Source of the DNA: a virus
Lineage: Duplodnaviria; Caudoviricetes
Strand: one strand, 5' to 3'
DNA: 64,000 bases
Virus record (IMG/VR): IMGVR_UViG_3300008107_006173
Below, in pieces: positions 36,333 through 48,300 of this stretch. Below the pieces are notes generated by a model. It was not told where the DNA came from. It was given only the letters and a program-made list of their open reading frames with translations, and made no database searches. The position numbers and the translations under genes are program-made. Positions within the stretch are counted from its first letter, which is position 1; each line of letters opens with the position of its first letter.

Positions 36333-39300
36333 TGTCTCTAGTAGTAAGACAAAATAACTTATTTGCGGCAGAAGACTGGACCGTAGCCTATAAAGCATTC
36401 ACTAGTGCTGACTATCAAGCCTACGATTATGATACAATTAGAGCAGCTCTAGTAAATTATGTTCAGCAGAATTTCCCAGAAAATTTCAATGACTATTTAG
36501 AAAGCAGTGAATTTATTGCTATCATTGAAATGTTAGCATATCTATCTCAAACACTAGTGTTTAGAATGGATCTAAACACCCGAGAAAACTTCTTAGAGTC
36601 AGCTGAAAGACGCGATAGCGTATTCAAACTAGCTCGTATGTTGGGGTATAATCCTAAGCGTAATTTTACATCAAGTGGATTAATGAAACTTACTTCTGTG
36701 CGTACCACAGAGCCACTAACAGACAGTTTAGGTAATAATCTAAGCAATCGCCAAATTTATTGGAACGACTCTAATAATCCACAGAGTTACGAACAGTTCA
36801 TTACTATTGTAAATGCCGCCATGGCAGGATCAAATCGCTTTACTTCTCCTTATAAGGTTGGTAGAGTTGGTGGAATTGATACCGAACTATACAGAATTGC
36901 AACACCGGTTACTGCACCTATTACATATAATATTGAAGTGAATCTTAATGGTGCAAGCACAGCATTTAATATTATCAATCCAAATTTTGTTGACAGCGGC
37001 TTCTTTTACGAAGAAACCCCCGATCCAACAAACTTGTTTAATTTAATTTATAGAAATGATGGGCTAGGATTACAAAGCAGTGATACTGGTTTCTTTGTTA
37101 TGTTCAAACAAGGATTGTTAGATTTCGTAGATTTTGAATTTACATCACCAATTCAAAACAGATTTGAAGATCTAGCTGTACCAAATATTAATGAAACTGA
37201 TGTGTTCCTACAAAAGATCAACACTTCAGGTGGTGTGCTAGAACAATGGGTACAGGTACCAAACTTAATTGGTCAAACCCTAAACTATAACAGCGAATTG
37301 TTTAATACAAGAAACTTGTATTCTGTTGAAAACCTAAACAACGGCGGCATCAAATTAAAATTCTCAGACGGTAACTTTGGTAATATTCCAATTGGTGTTT
37401 ATCGTTTGTGGTATCGAACCAGTTTGCCTGAGCGTTATGTAATTCAACCTGAGGATGCTCGTAATTTAACAATTACAATTCCTTATGTGAATAACAAAAA
37501 TCAAGGCCAAGCACTAACTGTAACTTTCCGTTTAGAAAAGAAAGTTTCTAATAGCTTGCCTGCAGAATCGCTGCAATCTATTAAACAGCGAGCACCGCAG
37601 GTATATTATACCCAGAATAGAATGGTTAGCGCACAGGACTATAATGTATTTCCATTAAGTCAAAGCACTAACATTACTAAGATCAAAGCTATTAACAGAA
37701 CTCATGCAGGCCACAGCAGATACATTGATATCAACGATCCAACCGGCACATTTCAAAATGTTGATATGTTTGCCCGTGATGCTATTCTGCTCACTGAAGA
37801 ATTTAATAAAACAGATACCATTATTATCAATGATAATACTACACCTGCAGAAGTAACTTCGGGTATTTTACCTAACCTATTGAAAACACAAAGTTTGAAT
37901 AACTTTGTTTATTACGGCTTGAGAAATCTTTGGAGTGATTATACTACTAATAAGTTTAAAGTAAACAGCTTAAACATTAGATGGGAACCCCTACCGCAAA
38001 AGCTCAGTAGTGATGTTGGTTACATGACAGAAACTTTTAGTAGCGGTACTAAAGTTGTTATGACTAATAACGACACTAGAACAGCAATGTTCAGAGAAAA
38101 TAATTTTATTAAGTTTGTTAGTTCTGAGGATTTAAGTTACAAGTGGGTTAGAATTTTAGGTGTTACTAATAATGGTGCATTAACAAGCGGTCTGACATCA
38201 GGTACCGGATCATGGACTTTAAGCAGTGAAATCCCACAGGGTTGGTTCGCTGACGAAATGATCACAAGTCTGAGAAAACTGTTTACAGGCGCCGAAGCAT
38301 CAATCATTCAATTTGCTATCACAAATAGACAAACTTTTGGTTTAGGCTACGATATGACGCTAGATCAATGGTATGTAATTGAAAGTCAAAACTTAGATAA
38401 GGCCAGCAACTTTAGTCCAGCTAATGCTAAAAATACTTCCGGTTTAGGAAAAGATTCTTCATGGTTAGTATTAATGGAATACTCACCAATTGATAATTTT
38501 AGATATCGATATAATGTAACACTTCGCGGCGAACACTATGTTGTACAAAGCCGCGACGAGTTAAAATTCTATAATGTAAAGAATATTAAAGTTGTTGATG
38601 TAACAAATAAATCCTCACAGGATTCAATTACATTCACAACACTGAATACTGCACCAGGTTCAGCTGAAATGTTTGAATGGTACAGAAAGGACAGTGAAAC
38701 ATATGGTTGGAGAAATACATCAACTGGATCATTTCACATTCCTAGAGCTTATGCTACTGACATTGCACTAAAAACTCGAGATACTAAATGGTTTGACATT
38801 AGTGTTTCGTGGAAAAGTAATTTTGGCTTATTTGATGTGTCCGCCGCAGGAACCAGTTCAAACCCAGTAACGAGAATCGCAAATATCATTAATCCATCAA
38901 CAGGTAATCGATATGTAGGCGAAGCCACAGTTGCGCTGAATACATATTTTGACGACGGCACACAATCTGCACTTACAAGTAATATAACTATCGCAAACAA
39001 TACCGGTCAAATTTCTAGAATACCAAGTTCAATTGTAATACCGTTTGATTCTACAACATTTGGTAAAAACATTTTAGATGCCAACGGTAATATCACTTAT
39101 CGCCAGTTTGCAAACAGTAGCGTCAATGAACTTATTTTTCATGGCAACGCAGTATGCTATTCATACGGCGCATCAGGTACAGTAATTGATACTACACAAA
39201 ATGGACGACTATTTTTGGCCAATGCTAATGTTGCCGCAGGTACCGGCAATCTAGTATATAGTAGACTGGAAGAAAACGATTATTTTATTTCCAAAGATAA

Positions 39301-40531
39301 GTTTACATCATACAAGGATCAGATAATTGTAAACTACAAAACCAGCAAAGACAAGATTGTAGAACCAATTGAGTGGCAAGTTGTAGATGTTTACAAATAC
39401 GCAGACGGATATGTTGATCCTCGTAAAGTAATTGTTGCACCAGTAGACAGTGATGGTGATTTGGTTCCTGATAGACCATTACAGTTTAGCGAATATGTAG
39501 ATCGCGATGATGTAATGGCATACGAGTACTATACCGATTTTGACGGATATAATTACGATCGGCCGGTATATAATGTAATATTAGATTATCGTAACGAAAA
39601 CTCATTGAATATTAATTTTGCTGATAATACAGTTAGTGCCAGCAGTTATAAACTGGAATACCGATTATCTGCGGTTGATTGGCTATTAGTTAAGGAATTA
39701 AATGTTATTGCAGCCGGCGGCTCATCAGCCCAGCCTTTAGAAAATAATCAAGGTAAAGCAGCCGGCATTAAAGTTTATGCTGAAAAAGAAGATAAAGTTT
39801 ATCTGATGACGCAGCAGAGCACTGACCCAATGAGCGTATATCCTGTTGAAACCACAGACTTCTTTGTAGTGCGCGGCCGCGGCCCAACACAAAATACTGC
39901 TGCAAGTAATTTTGATCAAAGCATTATTCGTTGGGAGCATGTTGCACCTAAGGATGTGCGTATTGATCCAAGCATAAGTAATATAGTTGAAATGATTGTA
40001 TTAACTAATACCTATTCAAATTTAATTAATGAGTGGAAAGCTGCACCTAGCAGAACAACATTCCCTCTACCACCTACCAGTGCCGAATTAGCAAATGAAT
40101 TCAGCAAACTAAACGAATACAAATCAGCTAGCGATACATTAGTATTTAGAAGTGCTAAATTTAAATTACTGTTTGGGTCTCTAGCAGATATGAACTATCA
40201 AGCTAAATTCCGTGTAGTTAAACTTAATAATCAATTAAGTGACAACGAAATTAAAACTAGAATTTTATTAGCAATCAATGAATATTTTAATGTTACTAAC
40301 TGGGAGTTTGGTGAAACATTCTACTTTACAGAATTAAGTAGTTACATACACCAGCAACTTGGAAGTGCTATTGGTACAATTGTAATTGTGCCTCGAATAT
40401 CTACAGGAACTTTTGGAAACTTATTCCAAGTAAAGGCAGATCCAAATGAATTATTTTTAAGTGTAGCAACTGTTGACGATATTGAAATAATTGAAAAATT
40501 AAATTCAAACACTTTAAGAACTGATCGTTAA
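36332..40531 (+). CDS. gp6: Baseplate wedge subunit (T4 gp6-like)
   Basis: YDYDTIRAALVNY, ENFNDYLESSEFIAIIEMLAY, RENFLESAERRDSVFKLARMLGYNPKR, FSDGNFG, QNRMVSAQDY. Confidence 0.9.
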   Translation: MSLVVRQNNLFAAEDWTVAYKAFTSADYQAYDYDTIRAALVNYVQQNFPENFNDYLESSEFIAIIEMLAYLSQTLVFRMDLNTRENFLESAERRDSVFKLARMLGYNPKRNFTSSGLMKLTSVRTTEPLTDSLGNNLSNRQIYWNDSNNPQSYEQFITIVNAAMAGSNRFTSPYKVGRVGGIDTELYRIATPVTAPITYNIEVNLNGASTAFNIINPNFVDSGFFYEETPDPTNLFNLIYRNDGLGLQSSDTGFFVMFKQGLLDFVDFEFTSPIQNRFEDLAVPNINETDVFLQKINTSGGVLEQWVQVPNLIGQTLNYNSELFNTRNLYSVENLNNGGIKLKFSDGNFGNIPIGVYRLWYRTSLPERYVIQPEDARNLTITIPYVNNKNQGQALTVTFRLEKKVSNSLPAESLQSIKQRAPQVYYTQNRMVSAQDYNVFPLSQSTNITKIKAINRTHAGHSRYIDINDPTGTFQNVDMFARDAILLTEEFNKTDTIIINDNTTPAEVTSGILPNLLKTQSLNNFVYYGLRNLWSDYTTNKFKVNSLNIRWEPLPQKLSSDVGYMTETFSSGTKVVMTNNDTRTAMFRENNFIKFVSSEDLSYKWVRILGVTNNGALTSGLTSGTGSWTLSSEIPQGWFADEMITSLRKLFTGAEASIIQFAITNRQTFGLGYDMTLDQWYVIESQNLDKASNFSPANAKNTSGLGKDSSWLVLMEYSPIDNFRYRYNVTLRGEHYVVQSRDELKFYNVKNIKVVDVTNKSSQDSITFTTLNTAPGSAEMFEWYRKDSETYGWRNTSTGSFHIPRAYATDIALKTRDTKWFDISVSWKSNFGLFDVSAAGTSSNPVTRIANIINPSTGNRYVGEATVALNTYFDDGTQSALTSNITIANNTGQISRIPSSIVIPFDSTTFGKNILDANGNITYRQFANSSVNELIFHGNAVCYSYGASGTVIDTTQNGRLFLANANVAAGTGNLVYSRLEENDYFISKDKFTSYKDQIIVNYKTSKDKIVEPIEWQVVDVYKYADGYVDPRKVIVAPVDSDGDLVPDRPLQFSEYVDRDDVMAYEYYTDFDGYNYDRPVYNVILDYRNENSLNINFADNTVSASSYKLEYRLSAVDWLLVKELNVIAAGGSSAQPLENNQGKAAGIKVYAEKEDKVYLMTQQSTDPMSVYPVETTDFFVVRGRGPTQNTAASNFDQSIIRWEHVAPKDVRIDPSISNIVEMIVLTNTYSNLINEWKAAPSRTTFPLPPTSAELANEFSKLNEYKSASDTLVFRSAKFKLLFGSLADMNYQAKFRVVKLNNQLSDNEIKTRILLAINEYFNVTNWEFGETFYFTELSSYIHQQLGSAIGTIVIVPRISTGTFGNLFQVKADPNELFLSVATVDDIEIIEKLNSNTLRTDR

Positions 40532-40544
40532 GGGTATAAGAGTA

Positions 40545-43500
40545 ATGTCAGAGAATAAAATTTATAAAAAACTACCAGGTGTATTACAAACAACTGCTAT
40601 CAAAAACTTTTTTGAAAGTACAGTTGAGCAATTGTTTAGTAAAGCCAATTCAGAAATCATCAACGGTTTCGTTGGCGAAAGAAGTCCTGAAAATCATAAA
40701 TCAGGTGCTGCGTTCTTACAGGAAGAAACAGCAACTAGACAGTTTTATAGTCTTTCACCAGTGGTTAATACTATCAATGTTGCAACTGGCGACAGCGAAA
40801 ACTTAATCTTCTTTGATGAACTACTTGACACACTAAAAACCTATGGTGTTGATACTAAGAATCAAAATAAGATTTTTGGAGAGAACTATTACTCATATCT
40901 TCCACCAATTAATACTGATAAAATTTTAAACTATCAAGAATATTTTTGGTCTCCAGAGGGGCCACCAAGTATTCGAATTCAGGGTACCTTAGCAAATCCA
41001 ATTGACATTGAACAAGATATTATTGGGGCGGTTTCTTATACACCAGCTTCCGGTGTTGCTCTCAAAAATGGCATGATTGTTCGATTTGTTGGCGATTATG
41101 TTATTCCTAGAGCATATCTCAATACAGACTATATTATTGAAGGTGTTGGCGAAAAGATTCGCATAGTTGAAAAAGACGATAGCTTTGAAAGTTTTGCAAG
41201 CACATCATATACTGCACTTCCAGATCCTGCTGATCAATATGACTCGTCAACTTATAGTTTAAGTGATTCTAATGTTGTATTCAGTGCAGCAAGTATTTCA
41301 AATGTAATTGTTGTAAATGCTGGTATTGGCTATGTAAATCCAACTGTATCATTTATTGGTGCAAATGATTCACCTGCTGCTGCAACCGTAACACTTGATA
41401 GTAACGGAAGTGTTACATTGTTTACTATTACCAACGGCGGTGTAGAATACAGCGGCCCGGTTGGCGTTATACTCAACGACATTAGCGTAACAGCCAATGT
41501 TACTGTTGGCGGTTTTGCTTCTTATGGACTAAATCCTATTGTATCTAAAGAATTTACTCTAAGTACTAATACAAATATTAAAGTTGGACAAGTAGTAACA
41601 GGTTTCGTTTCAGGTATTGTTGATACAATTTCATCAGCTTTTGATTCAAACGCTAATACTTGGGTACATACATTAACACTAGAAGACGCACAAACTTTTA
41701 GTTACGCTGAAGCAAACACAAATCCAACATTATCATTTACTGGTAGAGATTTCCTAGGCGAAGTACGCAGAAATCTAATGCATACGATTACTAGTAGTAA
41801 TGTTAATATTTTAGACTCACAGGTAGTTACGGGTATTAATCCGCGTACCGGTGAATACTACTTTAGAGGCGGTCAGTATTCTTTTGATAAGAACTTAGAT
41901 CCAAATGATGGCGGCGACGAAGATCCGCTAACAGGTGATCTAGCTTGGGGCGGCAGCAAAAGTGAAATTGCGCCTGATTATATTTTAATTGCCCGGGGCG
42001 CCAAAAATAAAAATGTGTGGAGCCGCACAAACTTTTGGTTCCACAAAGACAACTTTATTGACGCTGGCGTAGAAGTCCCTGAGAACACATGGCGAGCCAA
42101 GAGACCAATTGTTGAATTTCAACACAACATAGAATTATATAATCACGGTGTCCAGCACATTGGCGCCGCTACAATTGCAGCAACTGAGTATAAGAAAGAT
42201 CAACAGTACACTGACGGCGGCAATATTGAAGTTGGCGGTGGCGTAGTAGGCATGATGTCAGGTAGTACCATTGACGATGTTCCTGTTGAAAATGCAACGC
42301 TAATTTTCCCAAATGAAGAATTAAATATTGCAAAATATGTGTATTTGTCATATACCGACACCGAAACCGGTAGCCCACCATTTAGAATAAAAGTTCGCCG
42401 CCTAGGCCACCCAACATTGAATCCGCCAACTTTACTTGATGGCGATGTTGGGTTTGTTCCGTGGGAGGTTGAGGTAGGTGATGTTATTCAAATTACTTCA
42501 GGTCGATTTAATATTGGCAGCGAGTACTATTGGACTGAAGAAGGCTGGAAACTAGCTCAACAAAAAATTAGCAGTAATCAGGGTCCTTTATTTAATTTAT
42601 ACGACGATCAGGGCAACTATTTAGGCGATGAGGGTATATATCCTGCCAGTAGTTTTGCTGGTAACGAAATCTTTAGCTATAAAGTTTCAACTACAGTAAA
42701 CGCACCTGACGATAGTATTCTAGGATTTCCGTTATCTTATAGATCTTTCAAAGCCAGTAGTGAAATTGAATTTGAAAATGACATCATTAATCAAACTGTA
42801 AACTATACCCCAATTGGTACCGTCGACGCTCAATCAATTGGCGGTTATTATTTTTATAAGAATGTTGATACTGGCCTGCTCGAAACTCACTGGAAGCCAA
42901 GCACAGAGAATAACAAACAACGAATTATAACAACCTATACCATTGATCAATATGATGTTGACGAGCAGCAAACTGTATTTTATATTGGTGCAATACCCAA
43001 TGAAAAAATAACAGCAAACAGCGGCTACGATATTATTGTAACCGTTAACGGTGCAAAACGCGAAGACTTTACCTACAGTGAAGATCCGTTAAAAGTAGGA
43101 TTTATTAGATTTGATAATTTTAATTTTAGTTTAAATGATTTTATTGAAATCAGTGTTCTAAGCGACACAGGATTAATTTCTCTAGAAAGAATCAGTAAAT
43201 TTGAGTTGCCAATAGCATGGAGACAGGATCCAAGTAATGTAGTCGATGTTATTTCAATTTCAGAACCAGAGTTTCTACCTCACTTTAAAAATTACATGGA
43301 ATCTCAAGAAGGTTTCCAGGGAAATCCTTTAGGTTCAAATAACTTTAGCAACACACCAAAAGACAGTAAACATGCAAAAAACATTGTTTACACAGATCAT
43401 AATCTTGTATTGGGTGCGTTCCTACTAGACGATCAGCCACATAACTTAGTCAATTCATTAAGATTTAACTCAGCTGAATACGAAAAATATAAGAACAGAT

Positions 43501-45323
43501 TAAAGAAAGAAATCAGTAATTATTACAATTCTTTCTCAGTTGAAAACTTCTCTAACGAATATGTCCTAGAGCGTGTTCTTCGAAATTTGATTTCTTATAG
43601 AACAGGTACAAATGTCTTTAACAGAACTTATGTTGTTCCGTTTGGCGACAACTACTCTGAAGAAGTGTTTGTTATTAACGATGTAACAAGAACAGAATTT
43701 GTATCAGACGTTGAAACAGATTTAGACAAAATTGAAAATAGTTTGCTTGTTTATAAAAAATCAAGCAGCGACACTGAGTTATTAACTGTTGACAAAGAGT
43801 ATACTATAACTGGATACAGTCCTATTACAGTTGAAGTAACTAATGAAGTTACTTTCTTACTAGGCGATCAAATTATATTTAAGATCTACAATGAAAACAG
43901 AGATAGCGCACAATGTCCACCAACACCTAGTGTTACAGGATTATATCCATTAACAAGACCTGAAATCATATATGATAACACATATGAAACACCAATCCAG
44001 GTAGTCTTAGGTCACGACGGATCACGCACACCTGTATTTGGCGACCGCCGTGATGAAATATTACTTGAGTTCGAAAAGCGTGTATACAACGCTGCTAAAG
44101 CTGAATTCCGAGAAGCTAACAGTTTACCAGAACTAAACTTTACATCTGTAAAGAAAGGCGCATTCCGCGAAACAGGATTTGCTAACCGTGAGTGGTTTGA
44201 TTTACTAAGATTTAGTTTTGCTAACTGGGTTTCACAATATAATTTAGACTTCGTTAAAAATGAATACTTTGACGAAAATGACAGTCTTTCTTGGAACTAC
44301 AGAGGTAGTTTAGATATTCCAGGTCACTGGCGTGGCTGGATGGAATATTACTATGACACTTATGAACCACATCGCCATCCGTGGGAAATGCTAGGTTTCT
44401 TCGAGCAACCAACATGGTGGGAAGTTGAATACGGTACAGATTATAGCAGCATGAATATGCAGCTCTGGGATGACCTAGAGTATGGTATTATCCGTCAAGG
44501 ACCAAGAGAAAATGTCACCGACGACAAATATCTAGTTAATAATCCTTTCAGTAGACCGGGTCTACACATGATTCTTCCTGTTGATGAAAACGGAGACTTA
44601 AGAAGTCCGTTTGATATTATTTCAACTGGCACAACTCTTAAGACGCAAGAATGGACAAATTCTAGAAGCACTTCTGCTATCACAAGTTTAGGTTCTAGTG
44701 CATATAAAGCCAATAGCTTCTTGACTGTAAATGGCTTAAATGTAAGCCATGATACTAACAATGTTTATGTTCAAGGCCGCGCCATAATTAATCATGAGAT
44801 TACAAATAGAGTAAACGCAGTTGGTCATAGCGAAGTTATGGAACAGGATATATCATTTGTATATCCAAGAACTTCAGCTGGTGCAGCATCAAACATGCCA
44901 GCAAAGGCTGTTGCAGTTCTAGTAAACGGATTGCCATTACACAATCCAACTGATGTTAATACTTGGAATAACGAAGGCGTTTGGCATTACAATAAAGGCA
45001 AGTCTGAAGCACATAGCGATTTAACCTACGGTCATGCTGGAGATGATGGTGTACTTCACTATTATTATGTAGATCCAGTAATTTTAGGCCTTGAAGAATG
45101 GGATACAGCTAATCACTCACCAATTGTTGGCTGGGCATTTGATGGCTTGCCAATTTATGGTCCTTATGGTTATAAGGATCCATTAGATCCAACTAGTGAA
45201 ATAGTAAACATTAAGAGTCCATTTAGGCTACGTCAAGGTACTCGCATTGGTGATCTAGCAGGCGCCCATAGCGGCATGTTTGTTGAGGACTATGATCTAA
45301 ATGCTGCTGTAATCCCCAGTTGA
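40545..45323 (+). CDS. Giant baseplate wedge-like protein, N-terminal part (1592 aa), ending inside a YHYH-like domain
   Basis: Follows gp6. NYQEYFW, WSRTNFWFHKD, RAKRPIVEF, HPWEMLGF..QPTWW and HSPIVGWAFDGLPIYGPYGY (YHYH-like). Confidence 0.8.
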   Translation: MSENKIYKKLPGVLQTTAIKNFFESTVEQLFSKANSEIINGFVGERSPENHKSGAAFLQEETATRQFYSLSPVVNTINVATGDSENLIFFDELLDTLKTYGVDTKNQNKIFGENYYSYLPPINTDKILNYQEYFWSPEGPPSIRIQGTLANPIDIEQDIIGAVSYTPASGVALKNGMIVRFVGDYVIPRAYLNTDYIIEGVGEKIRIVEKDDSFESFASTSYTALPDPADQYDSSTYSLSDSNVVFSAASISNVIVVNAGIGYVNPTVSFIGANDSPAAATVTLDSNGSVTLFTITNGGVEYSGPVGVILNDISVTANVTVGGFASYGLNPIVSKEFTLSTNTNIKVGQVVTGFVSGIVDTISSAFDSNANTWVHTLTLEDAQTFSYAEANTNPTLSFTGRDFLGEVRRNLMHTITSSNVNILDSQVVTGINPRTGEYYFRGGQYSFDKNLDPNDGGDEDPLTGDLAWGGSKSEIAPDYILIARGAKNKNVWSRTNFWFHKDNFIDAGVEVPENTWRAKRPIVEFQHNIELYNHGVQHIGAATIAATEYKKDQQYTDGGNIEVGGGVVGMMSGSTIDDVPVENATLIFPNEELNIAKYVYLSYTDTETGSPPFRIKVRRLGHPTLNPPTLLDGDVGFVPWEVEVGDVIQITSGRFNIGSEYYWTEEGWKLAQQKISSNQGPLFNLYDDQGNYLGDEGIYPASSFAGNEIFSYKVSTTVNAPDDSILGFPLSYRSFKASSEIEFENDIINQTVNYTPIGTVDAQSIGGYYFYKNVDTGLLETHWKPSTENNKQRIITTYTIDQYDVDEQQTVFYIGAIPNEKITANSGYDIIVTVNGAKREDFTYSEDPLKVGFIRFDNFNFSLNDFIEISVLSDTGLISLERISKFELPIAWRQDPSNVVDVISISEPEFLPHFKNYMESQEGFQGNPLGSNNFSNTPKDSKHAKNIVYTDHNLVLGAFLLDDQPHNLVNSLRFNSAEYEKYKNRLKKEISNYYNSFSVENFSNEYVLERVLRNLISYRTGTNVFNRTYVVPFGDNYSEEVFVINDVTRTEFVSDVETDLDKIENSLLVYKKSSSDTELLTVDKEYTITGYSPITVEVTNEVTFLLGDQIIFKIYNENRDSAQCPPTPSVTGLYPLTRPEIIYDNTYETPIQVVLGHDGSRTPVFGDRRDEILLEFEKRVYNAAKAEFREANSLPELNFTSVKKGAFRETGFANREWFDLLRFSFANWVSQYNLDFVKNEYFDENDSLSWNYRGSLDIPGHWRGWMEYYYDTYEPHRHPWEMLGFFEQPTWWEVEYGTDYSSMNMQLWDDLEYGIIRQGPRENVTDDKYLVNNPFSRPGLHMILPVDENGDLRSPFDIISTGTTLKTQEWTNSRSTSAITSLGSSAYKANSFLTVNGLNVSHDTNNVYVQGRAIINHEITNRVNAVGHSEVMEQDISFVYPRTSAGAASNMPAKAVAVLVNGLPLHNPTDVNTWNNEGVWHYNKGKSEAHSDLTYGHAGDDGVLHYYYVDPVILGLEEWDTANHSPIVGWAFDGLPIYGPYGYKDPLDPTSEIVNIKSPFRLRQGTRIGDLAGAHSGMFVEDYDLNAAVIPS

Positions 45324-48300
45324 GTATGCTTGGAAGAGCTCACCGGTATATCCATTTGCTGTAGCTGAAGCACTATTACTAGCTAAACCTGGATTGTTTG
45401 CTGCTGAATTTTCAGACCCAACAAATATTCTAAGACCTACAGCAAATCCACTGTTGTTGTTAAACAAGGTCTCACGCAAGCGTTGGGATTTTGCTAGCGA
45501 AGCTGATTTTAGAATTCATGGAACATTTGATGCTGATGATAACTTTATAACAAATATTGGTTACACTCAGTTTATTAATTCCTGGATTAACTTCCAGGGA
45601 TTAGATCAAACAGATGATTTCGCTAAGAAGCTACGGTCTCTAAATGTTAAACTTGGTCATAGAATGGCCGGCTTCATTGATGAAGACACAACCGTTGTAA
45701 GAACTGACCAGTATAGTACCACAGGTAAAGCTACAAGTCTAATTGTTCCTAAAGAAAATATTACTGTTCAAGTTCATAATTCACCGTATAAGACACGCAA
45801 CTTCTACAGCGGTGTAATCATTGAAAAGACTTTAACTGGCTATAAAGTAAGAGGCTTTGATAAGAACTACGGATATTTTGATACTTTTGAAACTGATAAA
45901 ACAAAGGGAAGAGAAAGAATTCAAGTAGGCGGTAAGCCTGCAGATTTTGTTGCTTGGGATCCAGGTGTACCTTATAAGAAGGACACAATCGTACAGTGGC
46001 AGAACGGCTTCTATAGAGCACCTAAATTTATTAATGCTACCACAACATTTGACGCTAGACAGTGGAAGAGACTTCCTTCACTACCGCAAACAGGCGGTGC
46101 TAGTGCTACACTTTATCAAGTACCAACAGAAAATATTGTCCGCGTAGATTACGAAACAGAATTTACAAGCGTAGATGATCTTTACGATTTCTTGATTGGC
46201 CTAGGATATTATCACCAGTCACAGGGTTATGATCTAAACGATTTTGATGAATCAATCAATGAGGTTCGCAACTGGTCTTACGCTGCAAAACAGTTCTTGT
46301 TCTGGACTACAGGACGTTGGGAAGTTGGCAATACATTAGAACTTAGCCCACTCGCAAGAAAGATCGCGTTTGAAGCACCGCGTGGATTTATTTCTAAGAT
46401 TAACAGAACTGATAGAGAGCAATTTACAATTCTAGACCAGGATGGTATTGCTATTACTCCAACAGAATGTGAAATTCTGCGTGAAGATAACAGAATTGAA
46501 ATAACACCTCCCGAAGGCAAGCAGATCTATGGCCTTGTATTGTTTACTAAAGAAATTGAACATGCTATTACTGTTGACAACACAACTATCTTTAACGATG
46601 TTATCTTTGATACTAGATTTAATCAGCGTCATACACGTCTAAAGATTAAGGCAACAAGAACCAAGGGCTGGAAGGGTCGCTTATTAACAGAAGGTTTCAT
46701 TGTTAACGGCAGCGAACTATTACCTAACTTAGACAACATGGCAGAGAGTTTAGGCCGATACCACGAACTAGGCTTTATTCCTGTTGAAAAGGCTATCTAC
46801 AAAGCTGCTAGAGGAATGTTTGGGTTTGAAGAACGCGATTATCTTAAGGATCTAGATATTTCCGAAGACGATCAGTTTGAATTTTACCGCGGTATGATTC
46901 AAAACAAAGGTACATCAGAAAGCCTAAGAAAAATTGCAGCAAGTAACATTGTCGTACAGGGCAATGTTGCAGTATATGACGAGTGGGCATTAAGAGTAGC
47001 TGACTTTGGTGATACAGACAATAATCAAAGCGTTGAACTAAAACTTGAAAAAAGTGAGATTGTTAACGATCCACAATTAATTACACTGGCTTTCCCAGAG
47101 GATATTACTGGTATTGTTGAAAAGATTGATGTTATTAAGAGACGATACAAGTATTATGGTGCACCAGAAATTGTTATTAGTGCGCCAACAACAGGTACTA
47201 CTCGAATACAAGCTATTGCTACTGCTACATTAAATGCAAGTAGAGAACTTGATTCTATTACAGTTATAGATCAGGGTGCTGGATATGCTATACCAGTAGG
47301 CGTAACAATCATTGCAGGTAATGTTGTCACCGATACAGTTGATACAACTTTCCAGCGTGTAACAGCCATCAGCACAGGAGATTGGATTGCTACAACAGGT
47401 GCTGAACTATCAGGTAATGTTATAATTACTGATCACTTTGGCAATAGCAATGTAAGCGTTAACTTATCAAATGTAACTAGTGCGGCTGATATTGTCACTG
47501 CTATTAATAGCAGCCCCGGCCTAGGCGGAAATATTACTGCTGCTGCGTTTAGAAGTGAAGTTGAAGAAATATTTAATGCAAATGCATTAACGGCCGGTGT
47601 AACTTATCAAATAGTCAGCGTTGGAAGCACTAACTTTATGTTAATTGGTGCTGCTAACAATAATGTTGGTACAGCATTTGTAGCATCGGGTCCTGGCACA
47701 GGAACTGGTACAGCAAACGCAGTTGTAGCAAATTATACCTTAACTATTACAGGTAACGATTTCAGCATCGTGAGTGCTGCTGCAAATCTACATCTAACAC
47801 CTGGCAGATATCAACCAGCGCAACGATATTCAGTAGTTGGTGCAAATACCACAGTTGCTGGTAATATTACAGTAACCGTTGACGGTGTTGAAGTAAATCA
47901 ATTTGTTAATGGTGCAAACTCATCAGGCGGATATAACTGGACATTTGACGAGGGCGACAGATGGCGCCATGAACTACAAGGCCAGTTAGGCCCAAGCGGA
48001 TCATTTACCTATACATTAGGTACCGGTACTGAGCATAGTAGCTCAAACATTGCAGCTGAAAATAATTATGTAGTTGACGGTGAATACAATCACCTAAAAC
48101 TTTATATCAATGGTTTCCATACCGGTTATACCGATGTTGAAGTTCCAAATCAATTATTGTTAGAAAATTCAGCAGTCGCAGGCAGCACAGAATATCAAAA
48201 TGTTTGGGAAGTAAATGGGTCAGGCAACGAGATCACACTTTATATTGATCGACTACCAAACTCAGTAAAATACTTCTCCGCTACTTCAAACAACAGTTGG

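Noticed and set aside
45760-45800. Intein C-terminus (VQVHNS) in the giant ORF
   Set aside because: No matching upstream intein N-terminal block or LAGLIDADG motifs; the flanks read as ordinary host-protein sequence.
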